Shown: positions 17,707 to 27,254 of the stretch, in pieces
Layout of the letters: every line of letters starts with the position of its first letter
How positions within the stretch are numbered: position 1 is the stretch's first letter
IMG/VR virus record: IMGVR_UViG_3300010413_002950
Coordinates: 26,088-90,087 of that record
Reading direction: 5' to 3' (one strand)
DNA: 64,000 nucleotides
Source of the DNA: a virus
Made by a program: the position numbers and the translations under genes
The notes under the pieces: model-generated
Told to the model about the DNA's origin: nothing
The model's input: the letters and a program-made list of their open reading frames with translations, nothing else
The model's database searches: none

Positions 17707-19205
17707 CAGTACGGCTCGCTTCCCAATCCTCCCCATTGCTGAGTATTGGATTCTGTTTGCAAATGATATACATTGCCGGCGCTAGTTGACCATGCTGTCC
17801 CTGTGGTTGTTCCATTACCCGTTGTAAAACCAGACAGTATCACCTGGCCTGCCGATGGCTTTAATTGCACAGTAACCTTTTGTCCTCGTGATGCCGTAAC
17901 AGCACCGGTGGTTACCAGATTGGATACACCGGTTTCATCGTCAACATATATCTTACCATCACTTGCCTTAAGATACACATGGATATTAGGGCTTGCGCCA
18001 GATTCATCAAACTCGATTATTGTCCCGTCACCTCCACTCATCCCAGCTGCAATAGCGCGATTGCATATTAGATCTATTTTGATATCCCTTCGCAATGCAC
18101 TTGGAACATCAGCAGATGCCCAGTATAGTTGATCGGCATTACGGGTAACAGATGATGACGATGGAGTGTGAATCGGAGATGATGGATATGTGCCAATTTC
18201 CAGCTGTGGATTCCATACATACAACCCTGATGTACCGTTCCCTTGATACGATAATGTGTTATCCGCGCTGCACATGTAAAGCCCAAAAGTCGTGGTTGCT
18301 GCCGCATTGGACGCCTTAGAGTGATAGATCCTATACCAACCATTACCTGCTGACTCTATACCATACGCCAAAGGAGTTCCTGATACAGTGCCTACAGCTC
18401 CCGTGGATGTATTAAAATTGGTTATAACATTAACTCCGAATCCTTCAGAGGTATACACAAGAGCCATCCAAATTCGTTCTTTTGGTTTTATGTATGCGCT
18501 AAAACAATACCGCGAACTACCATCTGGAGTGTATGCATGAGTTATACGGTGGTTGCCATTGTTTCCGTTTTCAATTATAGTGTCCGCCGTTACTGTCCCA
18601 TCTGGAGCCATGATACTATTTACCCCAAACGAACCAATACCCACTTGGGATTTTTGATCCGTTTGCTGTGAGTACGTCCAGTAGTTTGTTCTTGAGATCT
18701 CGATCTGAGCGAACAATCTCCCACTAATACGCCGTGTAGCCAACACGCCACCGGCGAATGCTTCAATACTCGGCCATTTGTTATTATACCCAAGATAGCG
18801 CGGGGACGTGTTCGTGAAGCTTGCGTCGGCAAAGCGGACTATCGGCTTAGAGATAAGCGATCTATCAAATCTTGTTGCTAAACTCATATATAAATTACCA
18901 GCTGTTGCAACAGTATGATCAAACTTAATCATATAGTATTTATTTGGCGAATCTATTTCCTGCTCTGCTATACCTGGAGTACCAGCTGGATTTGTATCAA
19001 AAGTGATATTAGTTTCAAAAAAGCCAATTCCCATTCCTCCAAAATCATCATTACTTGCCCAAACTTCAAAATCCCCAGCTAAATTGCCAGTCCACTTATA
19101 AACTACGCTAATTTTGTTAGCTCTGGTAGCATCAATAATAACACTTTCACGATCTCCACTTACGTTTTTTTCGTTGAAGATATAGCCGTCTGTTTGTCCG
19201 TACAT
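17706..19205 (-). CDS. fibre/spike protein
   Basis: Gly/Thr/Ser-rich beta-strand domain with GNGWYRI, QLEIG..PSSPI.T....TRNAD motifs seen in phage fibre proteins. Confidence 0.75.
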   Translation of the reverse strand: MYGQTDGYIFNEKNVSGDRESVIIDATRANKISVVYKWTGNLAGDFEVWASNDDFGGMGIGFFETNITFDTNPAGTPGIAEQEIDSPNKYYMIKFDHTVATAGNLYMSLATRFDRSLISKPIVRFADASFTNTSPRYLGYNNKWPSIEAFAGGVLATRRISGRLFAQIEISRTNYWTYSQQTDQKSQVGIGSFGVNSIMAPDGTVTADTIIENGNNGNHRITHAYTPDGSSRYCFSAYIKPKERIWMALVYTSEGFGVNVITNFNTSTGAVGTVSGTPLAYGIESAGNGWYRIYHSKASNAAATTTFGLYMCSADNTLSYQGNGTSGLYVWNPQLEIGTYPSSPIHTPSSSSVTRNADQLYWASADVPSALRRDIKIDLICNRAIAAGMSGGDGTIIEFDESGASPNIHVYLKASDGKIYVDDETGVSNLVTTGAVTASRGQKVTVQLKPSAGQVILSGFTTGNGTTTGTAWSTSAGNVYHLQTESNTQQWGGLGSEPY

Positions 19206-19214
19206 TTTTCTCTC

Positions 19215-21539
19215 CTACTCTGTAGGATAAATTTCTGATACATTACCATTTAGGTAAGTTGCTAAATTGTAATCGTATTCATGACCCAAGAATAAAGTCA
19301 TCAATGGTGTAAAATATTGCTTCCAAGATCCTACCAATGATGAAGCTCCGCCAGTAGTAGCTCCTTCAACTTCAATTGTTCCATCTATTGGATTTAAGTT
19401 GATGATTTTAGCTGAAGATTGAGGAAATGTTATAGCTGTGGTATTAGCTAATAGATCAGTGCCATTTCTTTTAACACATACATATTTATTAGTATAATCC
19501 CATAATACAGTAATTCTTTCTGAAACTGATAAATATAGATCGTAAATAATAGAATCATCTGTAAGAATATCGTCTGTTCCCCAATGTGGAGCCCAAATAA
19601 TAGAATGTTTTTTTGAAGCTATTACAGAAGAATAATTTCCAGGTAGCCAATAACATTTGCTCTCTCTTCTTTCCATAGAAGTAGAAACATTAGACATCGG
19701 AGATGTTAGAAATGTAGCTTCATTAGCTCCATATCCTTCTTGTAAGCTAGATAGCCAAAAATATAATGCACTAGTTCCATCACTAGCAAATGTTTCAGAG
19801 GTGTCGCTACTAGCTCCAAAGTAAAACGGAACTTCTGTATCTGTGGTGTTGCAAAGTCCAGTAATAGCTATATGAAACCAGTCTTTTTGTAATCGCCTTA
19901 TTGTATTTTTAGTATTTGTGGCTATTACTACTTCATCTTCCAAATCAAATCTAGCATAAGCTGCTCCAGCTGATTCAGTACCATCAAAATGAGAAGCTGG
20001 AAGAAATAGATTTACATATCTAGATCCATCATTTCTTACACAAATACTAAGATTATAGTATTTACCAGAAGTAACAGAATTAGCATTACGGTATAGCTGA
20101 TGTAACGAATTATCAGTACTTGGTGTAAATTTTTCAGCAGTATTTGAACCAAAGTATGTAGTAGGATCCTGAATAGCATTAGATGTTATAACATCGTTTG
20201 TTTGTGTTTTAAGATATAGGTTGATGTTTTCGCTAAATTCTGCATAATCGGTTATTCTACTTTCTATAGCTACACAAATTCTGTTTAGTATTCTGCGTAG
20301 TGGCTTTTCATCTGTATCATAATTGCCACCCCATATTCCACCAGAACCAATTGAGAATCTGTCATTTGTACTAGCATTTTCATAATTCATGTCTATGAAA
20401 TTAGCATATGGTTCAGACATATAGTTTGGATACATTGTTTCAACTTCGCTACATTCTAAGTACGAATTAATTAAATTGAATGCTGGGTATCCAGTTTCTA
20501 ATGAAGTGGATTTACTTATAGCTGTATATTCCAAATTGCCATCTATGTAGATTTTTAAAATTACAGATCCTTCAAAGTGTGACAAATCAAATCTTAGACC
20601 GTACCAAATTCCTTCATAAAAATTAAACGTAAATGACCCAATTAATCCATCAAATGAATAAACGTTTACATTTCCACTAAAATCATATGATATTGCATAT
20701 CCAGATAAAAACGGATATGCGTATTTTCCATACGGACTAATTGTAGCCGTATCAGATCCACCATTACTCCAAAATCTAACCCTAAAATAGGTTACTTGGT
20801 TAATCCAATTGGTTTCTAATTCTGTAGTCCATGCAAATTCAACCGTAGAAAGAGAATCTCCAACTTTTAAAACGCTATCTTCTACTGTTAAATTATAAGT
20901 TATTGGATCTTGCCATTGAGTAAGATCTCCCTCTATTAAAAATTGATCAAGAAATTTCAAATAGGTTATTTCTATGGTTTCATTAACTGCCCTCATTAAT
21001 TCTATAATTCCTTCAAGAGCAATTTTTGATTCAGGTTCAACAACTCGAAGATTAGAAACGTTTTCAGCTCCAGAAATATCAGGATCTGGTAATTCTATCA
21101 ACCATGGATCTAGACCTTGATGATCCTCTCCAAATTGTGTTTCATCTAATACCCATCGAAAATCAAACCAATTCCATATCCTATTTCTAGAATTGAATGC
21201 AAAGTAAATAATATCATTTATAGTATCTTCTGGTCCCTTATTTTTCCAAAGATTAACAGATACGGATATTAACCTTCTAAGAGAATCGTAATCTAATTCG
21301 TTCGTTATGTAGTCAAGTTCAGGTGTCCAACCAACTATGTTTTTCAGATATTGTAATATTCTGTCTGGACATTCAGTTATTGACCAAATTGTCGGAATAG
21401 ATTGAAGTATTTCTGAATTAATTTCCCATATTGTCTGTGGACCCACAAGATATCTTTCTAAAAATTGATATCCTTCTTGCTGATCTAGCTTCCTAATTTC
21501 TTCTATAAGAAAATTGTATATTTGTGTAGGTACAGTCAT
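19215..21539 (-). CDS. baseplate wedge (P2 gpI-like) fused to fibre-like domains
   Basis: LQYLKNIVGW...RRLI..SV.LWKNKG N-terminus; follows the J-like gene. Confidence 0.75.
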   Translation of the reverse strand: MTVPTQIYNFLIEEIRKLDQQEGYQFLERYLVGPQTIWEINSEILQSIPTIWSITECPDRILQYLKNIVGWTPELDYITNELDYDSLRRLISVSVNLWKNKGPEDTINDIIYFAFNSRNRIWNWFDFRWVLDETQFGEDHQGLDPWLIELPDPDISGAENVSNLRVVEPESKIALEGIIELMRAVNETIEITYLKFLDQFLIEGDLTQWQDPITYNLTVEDSVLKVGDSLSTVEFAWTTELETNWINQVTYFRVRFWSNGGSDTATISPYGKYAYPFLSGYAISYDFSGNVNVYSFDGLIGSFTFNFYEGIWYGLRFDLSHFEGSVILKIYIDGNLEYTAISKSTSLETGYPAFNLINSYLECSEVETMYPNYMSEPYANFIDMNYENASTNDRFSIGSGGIWGGNYDTDEKPLRRILNRICVAIESRITDYAEFSENINLYLKTQTNDVITSNAIQDPTTYFGSNTAEKFTPSTDNSLHQLYRNANSVTSGKYYNLSICVRNDGSRYVNLFLPASHFDGTESAGAAYARFDLEDEVVIATNTKNTIRRLQKDWFHIAITGLCNTTDTEVPFYFGASSDTSETFASDGTSALYFWLSSLQEGYGANEATFLTSPMSNVSTSMERRESKCYWLPGNYSSVIASKKHSIIWAPHWGTDDILTDDSIIYDLYLSVSERITVLWDYTNKYVCVKRNGTDLLANTTAITFPQSSAKIINLNPIDGTIEVEGATTGGASSLVGSWKQYFTPLMTLFLGHEYDYNLATYLNGNVSEIYPTE

Positions 21540-21540
21540 A

Positions 21541-23724
21541 TTAACCAGCGGTAATAATTATATTTCCAGCTAATGGCAATTGTCTAGTTTCTAGTATTAA
21601 ATCGGATGCAACACCATTAATAAGTAAATTTTCAACATTAACGATATTAGAATCTGTAAGATGTATTTTATGTGTCATATCTGATAAATAGATAGTATCT
21701 CCAAATTCCCACTCAAATGTTACTCCATCTTCGGTTTTAGCTTCTGGGTTTAATAATGCCGTTAGCGCATCTTCTACAGCATCAACACTGGTTGCACCAT
21801 ATACTGTGGCTGATATGTTGACAGTTTTTGGCTCATAATTTGTGGCTACCACTTCCTGATTTGCCACTAGCCTTTTAGGGGCTGGAGGTAAAGCATATTT
21901 GTCACCATTGAAATACAATTCTAGAGCTTCTAATTGCTCTGTAGATGCTGGACTACCACCCGAAGCTACAACTATTATCTCTGTTGTTTTTGGACCAAAT
22001 GCCCCTTCATTAGCAAAAGCTCTAGCGAAAATTCTAGAACCTGTAATTGGATCTATATATGCTTCGGTAAGTGTTTCTATATCTCCTGGACCTAAAGCTA
22101 CAGAGCTTACTCTTAAAGAAGCTGGACCAAGAATTTTAGCCAATTCAAGGCTTTCTTCACTAGCACTTTGTGATTCTTGCCAACCAAAAGATGGCCTTGG
22201 ATTCCACAGTGAAGCTATATTGATAAGACCAGATTTGTCAACTGTTATAGAATTTTCACCAACTGTTCCATTTATATCCACACCATATCTATATGTTGCA
22301 GCTATTGTTTGTCCACTACCAGGAATCAATCCTCTAATTCCATCTCCAAATTTAATAACCCCTCTATCATTTTCTCCAAGCTTGAACGTATAGTGCAACG
22401 ATGTAGCGGTACTTTGAAGAAAGTTATCAACCTTTTGCCACACAATACTATTAACTGTTACTGTTTCAGAATTATCTATTACTCCTTCTCTAACTGTTTG
22501 AAATTCTTGATTAGCGGTTCCATCTGAAATTCCTAAGGATGATTCCTGTTGTAATTTACCTTGAATAGCTAAAGCTTTAACATATTGATCTCCAATATCT
22601 ATTCGCAATTGATCTATAATAGGAGCTGTAGGTGTACTTACAGAAATAATTCTGTAGCGTAACCAATAATTATTTTCATTATTTACTTCGCCTTTAACCC
22701 ATTCTAGTGTCAAATTCTCTGGTAGTATATAGTCTACATCTCCAGCTGCAGCTAAATTGATAGCAGTTCCAGAAACGGATAACTCTTTCCAATTTCTACC
22801 AGCTGTATAATGCTCTGGGTTATTATCCCAATCGCTAACTTGTTGACCTAGCAAGGTAGATGTAGTGATATAGTTTTTATTACCGCTTCCATAATCAGCC
22901 CATTCAGAAACTATATTTTCTTCTGCAGATCCAGTTTGATCTAGCTGAATTCTAACTAGTGTTCCAGATCTATCGCTAGTACCTAATAAATTATTAATCT
23001 CAAATCGCAATGTAGATCCAACTATAGCTACAGAATTTGGATGATCATCGAGAACATTACCATCATAGAATTCCCAGATACCTGTTAATCCAGATCCAAC
23101 TGTATCAAAAGCCACATTTAGCTTATTCCACAAAATGCCACTATGTCCTATATACAAACAATCCCTAGCTGCAGGACTAGCCCATGGTGTAAAGTCATCT
23201 CCAGGAGCGCTATTAGCTTTGGCTGTATAATCTGTGTAAGTATCTAAGCTATAGTCATAGGCAAATACTTTGGTTATATCACCTTCGCTACTTGCAGCTA
23301 CAGTAAGAGCTTCTAAAACCTCAAATGTAATTACTTCTCCTGTAACTTGAGATCTAGTAGCAACCTGAGCATATTGGTTAATAACTTGGGTAGCTACAGT
23401 TAATGGTTGTGTAAGCTTAAAAACAATATCAACTTTAGCTGGAGAAGCAGAAGCTAATTCATAATCTATAAGCCTAAGCATATTGCGAATAGTTTCAGCA
23501 AGTCTAGCTGTAGGTAACGTGTTCTCATTGGCTAGCATATCAGCATTAGTATTATTGAGGTGACCAACCAAAGCAAAAGCTCTAAGCAATTGAATTAATG
23601 GCTCATGTACAGATTCATCTGTTAATTCTGGTACATTGATACGCTTAAATTGAATTAACTGCTCTAATATTTGAGGATAATAAAAGGCAGACCAATCAAA
23701 ACTAGGAATTTCAATATTTGCCAT
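21541..23724 (-). CDS. baseplate J / T4 gp6-like wedge protein
   Basis: LPTARL, IKFGDGIRGLIP, ATYRYG motifs; likely start 23724. Confidence 0.85.
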   Translation of the reverse strand: MANIEIPSFDWSAFYYPQILEQLIQFKRINVPELTDESVHEPLIQLLRAFALVGHLNNTNADMLANENTLPTARLAETIRNMLRLIDYELASASPAKVDIVFKLTQPLTVATQVINQYAQVATRSQVTGEVITFEVLEALTVAASSEGDITKVFAYDYSLDTYTDYTAKANSAPGDDFTPWASPAARDCLYIGHSGILWNKLNVAFDTVGSGLTGIWEFYDGNVLDDHPNSVAIVGSTLRFEINNLLGTSDRSGTLVRIQLDQTGSAEENIVSEWADYGSGNKNYITTSTLLGQQVSDWDNNPEHYTAGRNWKELSVSGTAINLAAAGDVDYILPENLTLEWVKGEVNNENNYWLRYRIISVSTPTAPIIDQLRIDIGDQYVKALAIQGKLQQESSLGISDGTANQEFQTVREGVIDNSETVTVNSIVWQKVDNFLQSTATSLHYTFKLGENDRGVIKFGDGIRGLIPGSGQTIAATYRYGVDINGTVGENSITVDKSGLINIASLWNPRPSFGWQESQSASEESLELAKILGPASLRVSSVALGPGDIETLTEAYIDPITGSRIFARAFANEGAFGPKTTEIIVVASGGSPASTEQLEALELYFNGDKYALPPAPKRLVANQEVVATNYEPKTVNISATVYGATSVDAVEDALTALLNPEAKTEDGVTFEWEFGDTIYLSDMTHKIHLTDSNIVNVENLLINGVASDLILETRQLPLAGNIIITAG

Positions 23725-23725
23725 C

Positions 23726-24106
23726 TTATGCTCCTGTTCTGAAAGCGTGCCTAAACACCGTTGGAGTATCACTTTCCAAATTGATAAACTGAAATTCTAA
23801 TATAAGCTCCTGTCTTGAAACATCTCTAGACCACTTAATTGTATTACGTGCAAGCTTATATAGCAAATCATCTTCAAATTCTTTAAATATTTTATACAAT
23901 CTACGGGTTATATCTGCTCTAAGTTGATCTGTATTTGATCCAAATATCATAGACTCACCTAAAGATACATCTTGTTGATAAGCATTATCATTATAGCCAG
24001 ATCCAAGAGCTGTTTTTATAATCTTAATAGCTTGCTCGTCTCCTTCTATAATTTTAGAGCCGCCAAAATTATTTACACCTACTGGAATTTTTAAGCCTTT
24101 TGCCAT
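23726..24106 (-). CDS. gp25/gpW-like baseplate protein
   Basis: Size and position before the J-like gene; likely start 24106. Confidence 0.65.
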   Translation of the reverse strand: MAKGLKIPVGVNNFGGSKIIEGDEQAIKIIKTALGSGYNDNAYQQDVSLGESMIFGSNTDQLRADITRRLYKIFKEFEDDLLYKLARNTIKWSRDVSRQELILEFQFINLESDTPTVFRHAFRTGA

Positions 24107-24107
24107 A

Positions 24108-24548
24108 TTATGACCAATTAATTGGGCTACCTCCACCACTAGGAGTAGCCGTTCCTGTTCTTATCCAATTGTCAATTGCTGTAGCAAATCGCTGTGCTCC
24201 TTCAGCCCACGTGTCAGGAAACATCATGGTAAATAAATTGTAAAACCCTACAGATCCAGGGGGTGGCGTACCAACATAAGCTGGTAACATTCCGATAGCT
24301 ATAGCATTAGCAAAATTAGCAAAGGCCAATTCCATTTCAGCTGAAGCTTCAACCTCTAATATAAATATAGCCATTAATTCTGTTTCCAAGCTAGAAGCAG
24401 CACTATCAACAGTTGTTGAAGAAGGAATAATATTAGAGGAGTAAAGTCTCATAGCCTCCTTCCATTTATATGCTGCATCTTCAGCACAATCGCTACAATC
24501 TTCTGCTAAATCGCACAAATCTTCTCTTAGCTGTATTGGATCTAACAT
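24108..24548 (-). CDS. hypothetical baseplate-region protein
   Basis: Coupled ORF. Confidence 0.65.
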   Translation of the reverse strand: MLDPIQLREDLCDLAEDCSDCAEDAAYKWKEAMRLYSSNIIPSSTTVDSAASSLETELMAIFILEVEASAEMELAFANFANAIAIGMLPAYVGTPPPGSVGFYNLFTMMFPDTWAEGAQRFATAIDNWIRTGTATPSGGGSPINWS

Positions 24549-25150
24549 TATTTACTAAATACCTCTGTTGATAATGTATTAGCTGGCAATGGAACAATTG
24601 GTACACCAGTTGGTCCCATAGCAGAAGAATGAGTATGAGTATCATAAGCTGTCTTAAATGAAGTACCTAAAACAACTGGCTCTACAGCGCCTTCACCCAA
24701 CTGTATAATTCCATTCTGTAGATCTATCCTAATATCACCATTTTTTAGTGATATAGAAATCTTTTCTTGTCCAGTGCTATCATCAAATATAACAATGTTT
24801 CCAGCTGGAGAAGCAAAACCACGCCTTTTCCCATAGTTCGTTTTGAATTCATCATTAATAGGCGTATCTTGATTATATTCTCTTTTGCCTTCCCAGTGGA
24901 TATCAGGAGCTTGGATAAAGCCTTGACCATATGATCTATCTTTATCGTTACTACTAACTACAACAATTTCTACTTCTTCGCCGATATCAGGAACATAGAA
25001 CCAACCCCAGTCAAATCTAGGATCGATCCATCTATTGTATTTAATTTCATCTGAGCCAAGTAGCCCTATGCAAGAAACCTGTATCCTTCCTCTAGTTTCT
25101 GGATCCTGGTTGTCTACTACTGTAGCAGGAAATTTCTCTTCTGTATTCAT
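24548..25150 (-). CDS. baseplate central spike (gpV/gp5 OB-fold)
   Basis: ATVVDNQDPETRGRIQV, VPDIGEEV, C-terminal HTH metal-binding tip. Confidence 0.88.
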   Translation of the reverse strand: MNTEEKFPATVVDNQDPETRGRIQVSCIGLLGSDEIKYNRWIDPRFDWGWFYVPDIGEEVEIVVVSSNDKDRSYGQGFIQAPDIHWEGKREYNQDTPINDEFKTNYGKRRGFASPAGNIVIFDDSTGQEKISISLKNGDIRIDLQNGIIQLGEGAVEPVVLGTSFKTAYDTHTHSSAMGPTGVPIVPLPANTLSTEVFSK

Positions 25151-26344
25151 CTATATAACTTTCCTTGCTGTGAAGTCTATGAGATATCCACTAGTTGGAT
25201 TGAATACATGTCTCACTCTAGTAAAATAATAATCACCACTAAGCCCCACATCTGGAAGCTTTATCTCATGAATCTGTCTAGCAAAAACATCTGGTACACC
25301 AATTGTTGTACCCCTCCCCACAATGAAATTCTCTCTTCTTTTATTCCACCACATTTGAGCCCACAGCTTAGCCTCAATAGGTGTTTTAAATTTTATATCG
25401 CTAACTACATCTATAGCATAATTGCCAAAAAATAGTTTTAGAACTGCACCACCAGTGGTATGAGATTCTCCAATTGTTTCACTTGCATTTCCAGTGTATC
25501 TAACATCAGGTACTGATTCCGTATCATCAAATTCTTCAAGTACGGTTTGTGGTCCTGACTCATCTGTCCCAGGAATTCTGCCTTGAACCTGAAGCTTAGT
25601 AATTGCTCCTTGCAAGGCCATTTCTGGAACAAAATCTAATAGTGTTCCCTTATTTCCAGCATAATATTGAAATGTATGTTTGCTTACTTCTTGCTCAAGA
25701 GCTAAATTAGCTGGATCTTTAAAATGAAGTGTCCATCCACCATCGTAGTCAACCCAAAAGCTATAGCCCATGATATTAGCTAGGGCGTCAACAAATTCAT
25801 AGTCGCTCATATCGGCTTTTTGAGGCGAAGAATATCTGCCTGGAGTTTCATCTATATCAAGATTTGAAAATGAATAAGCGTCTCTATTGGCTACATTCTC
25901 TACAGCTTCATGGATTAATGTACTTTCTTCTATAATTCTATCTTTAGATCTATCTATTGGCGGTCTATGTTGCATCATAAGAAAATCAGCAGTATTAGCT
26001 ACTACATTAATTGTCGGAAAGCTATCTCCAGATGGATAATTGATTTTTACATTAGTAATAATAGCTCTACCAACTTCACTCACAGAAGGCCCATAACCAA
26101 AATAGAGCCCTAGCTCATTTCCTGGTTGCCATAGCTTGGAATCACTAAGCATAAAATCAGGATTAATTAATGTTAATCTAGCCTCATCAGCTATTCCATC
26201 AGCGCTTTCGTATTCTAATTCTTGTACAAATTTGCTTATATTGACACCTATCTCAACACCTTCAACCGTAATGTCAAAATTAGGAGCTGAAAAATCTGTT
26301 TTTTCTCCTAGTAATGAACTAGCTATGTCTCCTAATGCTACCAT
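25151..26344 (-). CDS. baseplate hub (late control D-like)
   Basis: SDYEFVDALA...GY.FWVD, GDYYFTRVRHVF motifs. Confidence 0.82.
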   Translation of the reverse strand: MVALGDIASSLLGEKTDFSAPNFDITVEGVEIGVNISKFVQELEYESADGIADEARLTLINPDFMLSDSKLWQPGNELGLYFGYGPSVSEVGRAIITNVKINYPSGDSFPTINVVANTADFLMMQHRPPIDRSKDRIIEESTLIHEAVENVANRDAYSFSNLDIDETPGRYSSPQKADMSDYEFVDALANIMGYSFWVDYDGGWTLHFKDPANLALEQEVSKHTFQYYAGNKGTLLDFVPEMALQGAITKLQVQGRIPGTDESGPQTVLEEFDDTESVPDVRYTGNASETIGESHTTGGAVLKLFFGNYAIDVVSDIKFKTPIEAKLWAQMWWNKRRENFIVGRGTTIGVPDVFARQIHEIKLPDVGLSGDYYFTRVRHVFNPTSGYLIDFTARKVI

Positions 26345-27252
26345 TATAACCCTATAGGAACTAACACAGAAAAATAAGGCTGATTAGTTCTTTCAAAAGT
26401 TTCATTTCGTAGATCTCGCTGTGGTGTTTCTTTAGTGCCAAAGCTATTTTTGAAAGTAGTTGACTTAGGTGTTATAACTTCTCGCTTAATAGCTCCGGCT
26501 GAAGGAAGCTTTATGATATCGCCTTCAGCTATAACCTGCTTATCGGGATGTAACCTTCTAATTACATCTCCCAATTTAGGCTCTCCATATTCTCTATAAG
26601 CAAGTAATTCGTAATAATCACCTTCTTGAGCCCTATGATATCGAGTCAAAGGAAATGGCTTTGGCTCTAAACTAAATTCTTCTACAGCTCTTATTGTAAT
26701 TGAGCATTGTACGCCACGGATACCGCCATTTTTCTTAGGAAATCTGAAATATCTAATTTCGCCTAAGCTCATTCTGCCACGAGCTAAATTAATGTTGCCA
26801 TCTCCATATTCAAATGATACATATGGCGGTCTTCCCAAGGAATCATCTTTCTTAGTCCATTCCTTGAGCTTAGCTATCTTATCTCCAGGAGCTGTATCAT
26901 CAGAGGCCACAAAGCTCTCAACAGAGAAAGTAGCTGCGGCTGCTATGCCACTAATTACATCTGTGGGTGGCCCTTCATGATTTGCGAAAAAGAAAGCTCC
27001 AAAGGTTATAGTATCTGGTGTGCCACGCAAGTATTGTGTTATCGGATTAGTACGGTTAAGGGATGTGTGTTCTATCCATTCAGATCCAACATTTTCGGTA
27101 AGATCTATTGGGCCAAATTGTCCAGTAACTGGCTCTTCATCGGTATCTACATTCTTAATAGTCCATACGATAGGCTCATCAGCCAATAGCTTATTTATAG
27201 CTGATGCTATTGGCCCAGCTGCTACTTGACCTATTGCTCTACCTATTGCCAT
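26344..27252 (-). CDS. tail tube initiator with LysM/tail-X-like domain
   Basis: PITQYLRG..DTITF; EGDYYELLAYREYG..LGDVIRRLHP; follows the tape measure. Confidence 0.75.
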   Translation of the reverse strand: MAIGRAIGQVAAGPIASAINKLLADEPIVWTIKNVDTDEEPVTGQFGPIDLTENVGSEWIEHTSLNRTNPITQYLRGTPDTITFGAFFFANHEGPPTDVISGIAAAATFSVESFVASDDTAPGDKIAKLKEWTKKDDSLGRPPYVSFEYGDGNINLARGRMSLGEIRYFRFPKKNGGIRGVQCSITIRAVEEFSLEPKPFPLTRYHRAQEGDYYELLAYREYGEPKLGDVIRRLHPDKQVIAEGDIIKLPSAGAIKREVITPKSTTFKNSFGTKETPQRDLRNETFERTNQPYFSVLVPIGL

Positions 27253-27254
27253 AA

